Of a DNA stretch of 64,000 bases, positions 27,581 to 39,500 are shown one piece after another. Under the pieces are notes generated by a model. The model did not search any database. It saw only the letters and a list, made by a program, of their open reading frames with translations, and was not told the DNA's origin. The stretch is from Macrostomum lignano. Taxonomy: Eukaryota. The position numbers were made by a program, and so were the translations under genes. Each line of letters opens with the position of its first letter. Position 1 is the stretch's first letter. The DNA lies in the NCBI GenBank assembly GCA_002269645.1, contig NIVC01000907.1, positions 248,001 through 312,000 on the forward strand, given 5' to 3'.

Positions 27581-28084
27581 GTCTTTTTATTAGATTAGAA
27601 TAGCCATAGACTTAGCAAACCATTCTGCTAAAGGGAATAGTCTATGGTAAGTGCTGTTTACCATCCAACTGGAATGGAGATGAATAAAATCCTCTTCTAT
27701 TTAGAAGAGGTTAATACCAAATGTATATGTAAAATTGCAACACTCACCTTATTTATCTATTAGGCTAACTTTATGTATGACATGAGTCATGACACAAAAT
27801 ATTAGGAGCATCAGTGTTAATAATGACTTGGAACTTGGAAGTCTCTAAATAATTGATACAACATTAGGTATTACAAAATTCCAACCCAAAGCTCACTGGG
27901 GCAAAAAGACTGTCTTCATTAACTAGTGAATGAAGATGCTATTGTCTTCAAAGACGGGATGATGGTTATATTGTGTTTTTATCTTTTATAGCTATGACCT
28001 ATGTGTTTCACCCAAATTAAGAGCTAAAAAGCCCCCCTACACCCCTTGCATTAGTTAGTCTAGTGGTATAGTGGGGGGCAAGGG

Positions 28085-28172
28085 GGGCCGTAGCCCAGCG
28101 GTAGCGCAGCTGCTCTGGTGTGCTAGTGACCCAGGCTCGATTCCAAGTGCAGTCACATTAATTTGGGGCTGA
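28085..28172 (+). pseudogene. Decayed tRNA-like head related to 61500-61578
   Basis: GCCGTAGCCCAGCGGTA...GGCTCGATTCC followed by the shared TTAATTTGGGG. Confidence 0.45.
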
Positions 28173-30598
28173 ATTGGAATCTCGGCTTGGCTTTGATCGT
28201 GCAATTAATGGCCTTGAGAGCCAACCCCCAAGGCGCAGTGAAGTGTACATGCCTAACAATAATATAAAGTTAGGGCCACTGTACACTCCTGCATACATAT
28301 CCATGTGCTTATATGCCTACTCAGGGGAGTCGGTAGAATGGGCAGTAATGCCTCTCGCCAGTTGTGTGCCAATGTCGCTTAAAGTGCGCCAGGGTGCACA
28401 CAACCCCCCTGCCTCTAATAAAATAGTGGGGGGCTCGCTGCCCCCCATGCCCCTGGCATTAGTTAGTTTAATGGTCTAGTGGGGGGCTGGCCACCCCCAC
28501 ACCCCTGGCATTAGTTAGTCTAGTCTTACCTGTAGGATATTAAAAGGCCATTAGAAAGTGCAGCTTCTTTACACCTATCTAATTATCACCTAGTTGCTAG
28601 ATTTTGTCTATCTCTAGGCATACAATATACCTATATACCAGATTGAATAATAAGTATTACATTGACTATCCTATTAGACTGCCATAGACTAAACAAAATT
28701 GTTATGATATTTGCTGTCACTGTCAGTATTTGCTCAACTATCCCATAAAGCTTGGTAGCCTTAGAAGTGGGATAGAGATAGATAAATCTATTAATAAGTT
28801 CTTTCATTGAAAGTATCACCTCACCAAGGTGTTTATTGTGAGGGCCATTAGGTGCTAAACATAGTCAAGCATAGTACAAACAAGGCCATGATTGGATATG
28901 TCTTAGTACTTTAACTACTAGGTGGCACACTATTATTGACTTGCTTAATTGACTTTCTGACTTATTGACTTGCTTGCTTGATATTTATCATGACCTCATA
29001 ATGACTTAATTAAAAATTGCAAATAATTTAATGTATTAAACTGGGAGATTGCCCATTTGCCACCTTTTTATCTATTTTTGTTTGTTGTGGCAGCCAGACT
29101 ATATGCAACCGGCAGCACCAGTGCAGTCACACTGGAAACCCCCCAACCTCTGTCTAGCTGAGGTGGGGTAGGTGCACACCAAGCTAGCCAGCTCGCTAAG
29201 CCAGGAAGGGGGGTTGGTGTAGCCTATCATGCCATGCTACTTTTTTGCACCTCCCTAGGCCCCTCAATCTCACACTGTTTGTAATTATATAAATACACAT
29301 GCAGAGCAGCACAAACTCTTTGCTGCCATCATATCTATTGAACTAAGTGAGGCCTTCCATCTCATTGTATAGTATTTATGTATGTATAGATGCTGATATA
29401 TGTATAGTATGTATCAGCTAATCTATTAATACTTATACCATGAATTTTTTCTGGCCTATAAGCTACATAGTATATATTAAGTTATAGTACTCAGATCTCT
29501 GAATAGAGTTAAAGTCTTAATGGGCCTTTTCTAATGTTTAAATTTATTTTCAGATGTTTTATAATAAAATTTGCATTATAAAGTGTATACATATGTGTTT
29601 GTATACATATCTATATATGACTTATATAATTCAGCAGATTCTTAAGTCTTATGATTTGCACAACTATTATTATTATTTATTATATTGTATACATATAAAT
29701 AAAGTATAAAAGTAATGCAAGGTTATAGCATACTATTTGTATATCAACTACTCAAAGAAGTAAATTATGTTAGATTTTATTTATATAAGTATATTGTAAT
29801 TTACAATAGGCCAGAACTATGGAACTGGGACTCACAATTTATTTATCTGCCAGAAAAATTGTTTGAATAGCAAATGAAATCACTATATTATAGCATAGGG
29901 TATAAAATTTTTAAGTCTTCTTATATGCATTATACATACTTTAACTTAAGACTATAGCTTTTCTACATATATTATTATGTGCCAAAGCAAGTGATACAAT
30001 TTTTTTAAAGTTTTTTATATTATCTTCTATGGATAATTGCTGTGAAGAGCCTCACTTAAGTGCCACCAGCTTGTATACCAAAGAAAATTTTTAGGCATTG
30101 TCCTTCCTTCTTATAGCTTAAAAAATAGTTTCCATATCAATTTATCAGTATCTAGGTATGTATATGTGGTTAATTTCAGAAGAAATGGCTTTTCAAGGCT
30201 AAGAAGTCAAGGCTTAAGTGGAATTGCTAAGAAGTCAAGACTTATGGAAGTTTTGCTAAGATGTTAAAGCATATATGATTCACACTAAGTAATTTTTGTC
30301 CTTTTCTTATTGGCCACCCCAAAGGGGGACACAAGATTGCTAGTCTAATCTAATCTGATAAGTCTCAATAACTATGACAAAATATCTACCAGTTATAGAA
30401 ATAATAAATACTGAATTGATCTAAACTTATAAATTAGAAGATAGGAATCCTAATCTCATTCATACAACCCTAAAAATTTTGATGCAATTTAACTTTGATA
30501 AAAAATACAAGCAAATTTATTGGTTTATGCTGCTAGTTTTTGTGGTACAGCAACAATGCAATATTATTTATTGATATTGTTACAATTAATTCCAGAAA

Positions 30599-33500
30599 AT
30601 GGACAGTTACCTAGCCACAAAATGCATTGAACTTACATCTGTCAGCCTGTCAAACTCGTCATCAGTGTCTGTTGACTCATCGGGAAAATTGGCTATTTTA
30701 GGATGGTAAGAGACTTTAGATTGTATTAGCATTACATTGGCTGGCTGCCTGCTGACAGACAGGTTTTTATATTAACCCCCTGAACAACCACAGCAAGCGA
30801 GAGATTGTCCTCTACGATTTTGATGATCAGCAAATTGTCAAGCGAATCCAAGGCGACACCAAATGGGACGTGCACTGCGCCGTCTGGCAGAAGCTGCAGG
30901 ATGCCAGCAGCTCCAAGCTGTTCATGGCGGCTGTGAGTTCGATTAGCTCATTGGCTTTAGTCACGTGACTGCCCTGCTCACTGTGCTCATCCATTAGTTG
31001 CATCATTGTCAAAGTCAAATTACTTTTTTTAACTTATTTATCATGTAGCAATCATCATCCAGGTATATCACTTATTGTAGATCCCATCATGCAGGTGTTG
31101 ATCTCCAATTAGAGATCCCATCATCCAGGTGTTGATCTCCAATTAGAGATCCCATCATCCAGGTGTTAATCTCCCATTAGAGATCCCATCATCCAGGTGT
31201 TAATCTCAAATTAAAGATCCTATCATCTACGTGTCAATCTCCCATTAGAGATCTCATTATCCAGGTAAAAGATCCCATTACCCAGATATTAATCTCCAAT
31301 TAGAGATCCCACCGTCGAGGTGTTAATCTACAATTAGAGATCCCATCATCCAAATGTTAATCTACAATTAGAGATCCCATCATCCAGGTGTTAATCTCCC
31401 ATTAAATATCCTATCATCCAGGTGTTAATCTCCAATTAGAGATCCCACCGTCGAGGTGTTAATCTACAATTAGAGATCCCATCATCCAGGTGTTAATCTC
31501 AAATTAAAGATCCTATCATCTACGTGTCAATCTCCCATTAGAGATCTCATTATCCAGGTAAAAGATCCCATTACCCAGATAATAATCTTCAATTACAGAT
31601 CCCATCATCCAAGTGTTAATCGCTAATTACAGATCCCATCATCCAAATGTTAATCTCCAATTACAGATCCCATAATCCAGGTGTTGATCTCCCATTAGAG
31701 ATCTCATTACCCAGATATTAATCTCCCATTAGAGATCTCATTACCCAGATATTAATCTCCCATTAGAGATCTCATTACCCAGATATTAATCTCCCATTAG
31801 AGATCCCATTACCCAGATATTAATCTCCAATTAGAGATCCCACCGTCGAGGTGTTAATCTACAATTAGAGATCCCATCATCCAAATGTTAATCTACAATT
31901 AGAGATCCCATCATCCAGGTGTTAATCTCCCATTAAATATCCCATCATCCAGGTGTTAATCTCCCATTAAATATCCTATCATCCAGGTGTTAATCTCCAA
32001 TTAGAGATCCCACCGTCGAGGTGTTAATCTACAATTAGAGATCCCATCATCCAGGTGTTAATCTCAAATTAAAGATCCTATCATCTACGTGTCAATCTCC
32101 CATTAGAGATCTCATTATCCAGGTAAAAGATCCCATTACCCAGATAATAATCTTCAATTACAGATCCCATCATCCAAGTGTTAATCGCTAATTACAGATC
32201 CCATCATCCAAATGTTAATCTCCAATTACAGATCCCATAATCCAGGTGTTGATCTCCCATTACATATCCCATAATCCAGGTGTTGATCTCCCATTAGAGA
32301 TCTCATTACCCAGATATTAATCTCCCATTAGAGATCTCATTAGCCAGATATTTATCTCCCATTAGAGATCTCATTACCCAGATATTAATCTCCCATTAGA
32401 GATCTCATTACCCAGATATTAATCTCCCATTAGAGATCTCATTACCCAGATATTAATCTCCCATTAGAGATCTCATTACCCAGATATTAATCTCCCATTA
32501 GAGATCTCATTACCCAGATATTAATCTCCCATTAGAGATCTCATTACCCAGATATTAATCTCCCATTAGAGATCCCTATAAACCTCCCTCCCGCCGCCCC
32601 AACTGCAGCGCAACAATGTCTGCCAGGTGTTCGACTGCGGCGCCAGCGGCGGCTCCTCGCCCGCCTGCCTGGCCAGCCTGCGCGGCCACTCGCGCAGCAT
32701 CAGCTCGCAGGACTGGAGCCGGCTGGGCCCCAACCTGCTGGCCACCTGCTGCATTGACGGAGCGCAGGTGAGCGCCACTCTGTCGGGGATCTGCATGTAT
32801 GACGCGCCTGACTCTTGGAGTAGCAGGGTTCTCAGAGCTTGCAATGTGAAAGTTCGTCCGCCCCCTGCTTGCAAGTTAAGCAGAGTTAGTCGCGGTTAGT
32901 TAGCGGCTGTCCAGTTATCGAACCCCCTTCAGTAGAATGCATGAGGGGGCTTCTGGTGCAAAATTTTTCACGTCCTCCATAATCCCATTAAATCCATCCA
33001 TATTATCCCCGACAGAATCAGAAAAAAGGGGGGTCGCCCTTGCTCCGAAAACTTCGAACATAATCCCATTAAATCCATCCGTATTATCCCCGACAGAATC
33101 AGAGCACAACCGGTGTCCTACTGTTATTCTGAGCATAGCAGCTCCGAAAACGTCATCCATAATCCTCCTAACCTATCCCCCAAAATCCATCTATATTATC
33201 AGAGCATAACAAGTGTCCTACATAATCCACTGACATCCACCCATAGCATGTTCGAAACAATCAGAAAATAATCTGCATTCTTCTCCCCACATTCAATTTT
33301 CAAAGCGAAACCAGATCCCAAAGACTTTAAACCCTCAGCGCAGGGTGCTCACCCTTTGAAAAAAATCTAAATTTTCTCTAAAAATGTTTCCAGTTGTCTC
33401 TCCAGGTTCTTATTATACTCAGCCTAATCCATTGTACAAATCCAAATACCAATGCAAACTAGAATGCAGCGAGTACATGAGAAAATATTGGCCCGGCATT

Positions 33501-36500
33501 GATATCAATGTCCCTAATATTAATCTAGCTCTCCAAAGACACTGGTTTCATAAGTATGGAGTAACCTACGTAAAAGATTACGACAGCTACTATAACTTTG
33601 CAGAAGTTATAAGGCAGTTGTAGTTGGCAACTACAAGGTTGTACCTAGCGGTTTATATCGTAATTTTATAAATCTGAAGACGACTCACATTCTCTCTATA
33701 ACAATTGTTAGCACAAACTCTTCCCCGTTAAAATCAAAACCAACTCCATCCTCTGTTTCAAACTGCAGAACGATTTCATGTATCTCTCTATTACTCAGAA
33801 TCACTCTTTTCACGGGGTTCGGCTTTTGCACAAGCATTTTGCCACCAGCAACAGAGTTTGAAATGTTAAAAAGTATGTTGGTTCGTTTGCCTTTGAATAT
33901 CCAATCATGGCTCAGATTGCTACGAATTAATATATTCAAACCTTTGACAATGTCAGCGATATTTGGCGCCAAGTACATACCGGATATTAGCCGGGACACA
34001 GCAACAGTGCCAGGCGCCTGCAGCGGGCTTTGGTCTGTGGCGCCACGCGGCCACCATAAACTCTCTTTTCAAATCCCAACTCGCGATACCAAGTGCCATC
34101 TTTAAACTCTACCTCTGCGTCCTTATGAACTTGCAAGATAACTCTCATGACAGTTAGATCATAAGTTAATCTAACAGGGAACAGTTTATTTTCTGGTTTG
34201 CTTTCATCCGGTATCTCAAAATGCTTTCGTTTAGTGAAGACTTTCTCCAAGAAGTAATTATAAGTATCCACGCTCTGTGTGCTGACAGGAAATATCACAA
34301 CCTCTGTTGTAGTACGCTTCCATTTGTAATAAAACTTGTTATTTTCCGCTGTCACATTGGGAACATTTGACCACCCAGTGAAATCATTGAGATAGACGTG
34401 GTAATTCGCCTCGGGATCCAAACGAAGTGGTTGCTCCAATTTTTGAATGAAGATTCCGTTTGACTCAGTAATGCGACCCGCTACAGTGATTGGAATGCTC
34501 TCCTTAGAGTGTGAAACAATGTTGTTTAGTCTTTCGGCTATGGCTTCCATTTTTTATTGAAAAAAAAATTATTCAAACTTTACTAGACGAGTTATTTATC
34601 ATATTAACCTTGATTTTCCTCTCAAATGCATAGATAATAAACAGATCAACAGCCGTTGCGGCACCAAATTCTTTCCGCTCGATATTAGTCACAATGTTAA
34701 CAGGGCTATTGTCTGTAGGCATTTGTCTAGCAGTCACATCAACACCAAATATTGGATATAGTTTTTATACTGCAAGGTTGTCAAAACAATACCGTTATTC
34801 TCTTTGACAGCCAGGTCCGACAGTTCATTGTAAAACTTACTAATCTTGTTCTCCGAGAAATTCCCATTTTGTGGCAATGCAGGGTATAAATTGTCACTGA
34901 TCTCATGTTGAATCGATCGAATGTTTCCATGTAGATATCTACCTACATTAGTTGTATTCCTCATAGTGACAATAATGTACCTTGGATTGCTACAGGAGCC
35001 TTCTTTAATGCAAATATTGTGTCTTGCGTCATTCCGCTCATCTCTGCACATATAAGCTGTATAAGCAACATCAATGTCTTTCTCAATCGCCTTCAAGTAT
35101 TCAGCTTTGAGTGCAGTCTTGGGCTCAATAATTTCTAAGTACAGCTCCACGCTAGTTAGCTTAATCTCCATCGATGTATGATTGGCCCCCGACCAAATTC
35201 CTCTGTTCCGATCATCTCTAGTCAGTCTAAATGTGTAGCTAAAGTTGCTTGTCAACCGATTGAAACTATTACAGAAACCACTCATAAACCTCAAAGGTAC
35301 AAAAATATCTACAGACCTAAACAGCGGATTCTTAGCAGCATCGTTCTCACCAACAAGAGCATAGTTGTATCTCTCCTTTCTCTTTTTGTAACCAAGGTCA
35401 TTCTCATCTCCTGTCTGTTCATTGGGGATGAATCCAGCACCGCTCCCCATCTGAATAAAATCCGGGTTCTCAATCAAGCACTGGGTATCATAGACCACAC
35501 CAAAGTTTGCTATTCTTTCCAATTCTGTACTTCCATTGGACACATTAAACTCTTTGAACATATAAGCCCAGAAATTACTGGTTAGTGCGACATCCGCATT
35601 GTGTAGATCATCATTTGCATGAGCGGCGTCTGCGCCTCCTTTAGTTTTGAATTGATACGTCATATAGAAGCCGCTCCTTAGACTGTGCACACTAACCAAA
35701 GACGAACATCCATTGTATGTAAATGTCAGTGTTTGACCTGGACCCAAATTAGTTTCATTCTGATTTTCCTGACTGGGAACTCTTACCTGAGTCGCTTTGA
35801 TTGTGCTATCATCACTCAAAATAGGCTTGTTAATTTTGTAGAAAACCGGTGTCAGGGGATCGTTCATTTTTCAACAAAAGAAAAAATATTTAAAAATGAA
35901 GCGGAAAAGTTCATATCATATCTCTGAACTAGAAAAGCTGGCGCAGGCAGAAAAGAGAGTTACAGGGCTAATCAACAAAGAACAACAATCTTACAATGAA
36001 TTCGTCCAAGCAGCCACCGAATTTCACAAACCCGGATACACAGAAGCGAAGAAAAACCTCGACACTGTGAAGGAAGCAGTTGATGATATTCAAGAGAGCC
36101 ACTTGCAAAACACATTGGGTAAAATCCCATCTTCACCGGGACAACCACAGGCTCAGCAACCAGGACAACCAGTGCAGATGAATGTGAAGGATAACTTTTT
36201 TGGCCCCGTATTGGATGATGGAAAATATATTTTTGGAATTAGTGCCTGGCGAAAAAATATTACCGGGGAACCGGCGGATTACAACATTGAAGTGACAAAG
36301 GAAACTATTTCAATCAATAAAGGCGCAGAAACTAAACGAATCCCCTTCACTCAAACTTTACTTGATTACATGACTAAAAATCAGAAAAAAAAGATCCGAG
36401 AAGCAGCTAAAAAATTACAAAGATCTTGTTACCTTTGCTCTCGATAGGGACATAGATATGCTCAAGAACAACGGTGTTTTGAAAATTTTACATGAAAAAG

Positions 36501-39500
36501 GGATTGTCTTGAACAATTTTAAAAAATACAAATACTTTAAACAATGGTTTGGTTTGCCGGATCAAGAAGAGGTCATAAGACAACCAACACAACAACCACC
36601 ACAACAACCACAACCACAACAGCAGCAACCACAACAGCAGCAACCAAAACAACAACTACAACAACCACAACAGCAGCAACCACAAACACAACCACAACCA
36701 CAACAACCTCCACCGCCACAGCAACAAATCACACCCGAACAAGTACTAGAAGCGCTTGAAAAAGCAGGGCCAAATGAGATTTCCCAGTACAGAAACCAGC
36801 GCCCAGATGAATGGCGACAATTAGAACAGTTCTCCCCAGAACGAATGAAGCGAATCAATGACAGAGTATTCACACCTAGGCTACAGCAACCCTCACCAGG
36901 AACATCCTTCTCTGACCAATCATTCGAATCACCACCAAGCTCTTCCGGAAAAGGCATGCCTGAATTCTACAAGCGAGTAGCGGTTCTTCTAGGAGCGGCA
37001 AAGACCGGAATGAAAGATGAGAATAGAAAAGAGTTCGTTCACATCCTCAATAAAATGCTTGAGAGAAAATACATCGATAAGAGGGCGAGAGAGCTTCTGC
37101 TTTCGCGGTTCAACAAAAAATGATTTATTTCAAGTAAAAATGCCACTTATTTTCGAAAAAGACATTGACAAATACTATGACAAAGAGGAACTTAATCTCA
37201 TTAAACGCGGATCTGGACTTTTCCCTGCAGGCCACTATCCAAGAAAAGAACGCTCTGGGAATGGCCCTGCCGATTTGATCGCTCAGGGGGCCAAGATTTT
37301 TAAGGTCATTGGAGAGAACAAAGAGAACATCAAGAACGTTGCCGAAGCGGCCGGCAGTGTAGTCACAGCAGCCAAAAAGATTAAAGATACGGTTCATGAA
37401 ACCCGGAAATCAATACCAGATATTCAACCCCTTGCACCGAGTGCAGATAGTGTCGATCCAGCCATCTACGCAAAGATGAGAGCTGAATATAAGAAAGGAG
37501 GCGGTTTTAAATTTGACTAATTTGGTGCACCCTGACGGTAAAAGAGGTGTGAGGGTGTAGGACTAGTCGGATGTAGGACTAGTCGAAAAAAGACACACAC
37601 ATACACATCCCGAAAAAAGACACACGCGTCTTAAATACACAAGTTTAAAAAGAAAAAGTTTTTTTACATAAAAAATGGACTTCACAAACGACTTTCATCC
37701 CCACTGGACACGCAATCAGATAAAATTTGCTCACAACGAGATAATTCCAGGGCACTTCCGATGCATTGTTGTTGGCTCATCTGGGTCAGGGAAAACCTTC
37801 AGAGTTTTTAACATGCTCCTCAGACCTGGATTCCTCGATTATGACACACTACATATCTATTCACCCACTCTGTATCAAGATGAGTATAAAATGCTAGTAG
37901 CGGGCCTACAGAACAAACTCAACAAGGAAGATATTATTCAATGTTTTAGACATCAAAAAGACCTCAACAGCAACCCGGAAGTTGTAGCCACTGAATACGC
38001 AAAGCACATCCCAGACAATGAAAAATGGCAAAACATTAAAGTTTTCACTTATGGAGATCCACAGATAGATCCTAAAACTAAACTCTTACCTCAACCTGAT
38101 GAACTAGAAAAGGGGAGAAAGCACCTGATTGTCTTCGATGACTGCATGACCGGTCCCCAGAAACAGATAGAAAATTATTTCACCCGGGGTAGACATAATA
38201 ATTGCAATGTTATTTACATTGCCCAAAACTGGTTTGAACTGCCAAATAAAACAATTAGAGGTAACTGTAATTTGATTCTCCTTTTCCCAACCATACCACA
38301 GGATCGACTGAAACGATTTTATAATGAGGTCATTGCCCCAGCTCACATTACATATCCAGCTAAGAACTCTAACAGAACAATATCACAGGAGGAATTTGTT
38401 AACATATGCTATGAAAAGTGGAACCAACCCTATCAGTTTGTCATGATTAATAAGGAGAAAAGAATTTTACTTTAATTTTTCATTTAAAAAAATGTCTATT
38501 AATTTTGCTGGTGAGTCAACTACAGGCAACAGCACTCTCACAACTTCCTTCCTTGACAAGCGCTACATTAACACTGATGAAGAGATCCCAGAGATCAAAC
38601 TGAATAAAAACAGACTGAAAGCCCTAGAGCGCTCCATGCACCAGTTGCAAATAAACATGGAAGATCTCAGGCTTAAAGTAGCTAGGCAGAAGTTTGAAAG
38701 TGATAAGCTTTATGTGCCGTTGTTAAACGCAACTAATGAACTAAGGTCAGAAATAACTTCGATAGTCTCGCTAATCAACGGCTTAAGATCGACAGTTAAT
38801 CTTCTGGGAAATTCCACTGATAGACGGATGCGTATTCTTGAAGGAGGAGTTTTCACAAACACAGCTAAAGTAAATAATTTAGAAGAGTTCATGAACCAGT
38901 CAACAGCGTTGCATGATAGAATTAAAGAAAACGTCGCAACCAACACAGGTAAAGTAAATAATTTAGAAGAGTTCATGAACCAGTCAACAGCGTTGCATGA
39001 TCGAATCAAAGAAAGACTTGAAGCATTAAAGAGAAAGGATGTATCACACAGTAGCTATCTAAACGGAATGTATAGCTCTTGGGGTAAAATAATAAGGAGG
39101 CTTGATCGTCTGGAGAGAACACTCAATCTTCGTGATATTGCTATTGATGAAGCAGAATCTACTGCTCGTCCGGTCATGTCTACAGATCGAGTAGAAGGAG
39201 CTCTGGACCCCGCCGGAGTAATCCGGCACGCTCTCAAACGTCAGCCGCCCAGCCGCTGCCTGCTGGACTCGCGATCCTCCGGCGTCACGAGAGCCGCCTA
39301 GACAACCGGCGGTGCAGATGGAATTATCAAAAAGAAAACAGATCTTCAAACCGGATAGTTTTATATTTTTTTTATTTTTTCTAGAGAAAAAAATGGCCCA
39401 ACAAAATTCTCTATACGATCAGTCTCAATACGCTGAACCTAAAATACCGACAGCACCAAACCCAATGGCACCGAATTCGAACACACAAAGCCTGAATGCA

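Noticed and set aside
33990-34070. Programmed -1 ribosomal frameshift in the penton gene
   Set aside because: GC-rich palindromes follow, but there is no canonical X XXY YYZ slippery heptamer. A single indel is the simpler explanation.
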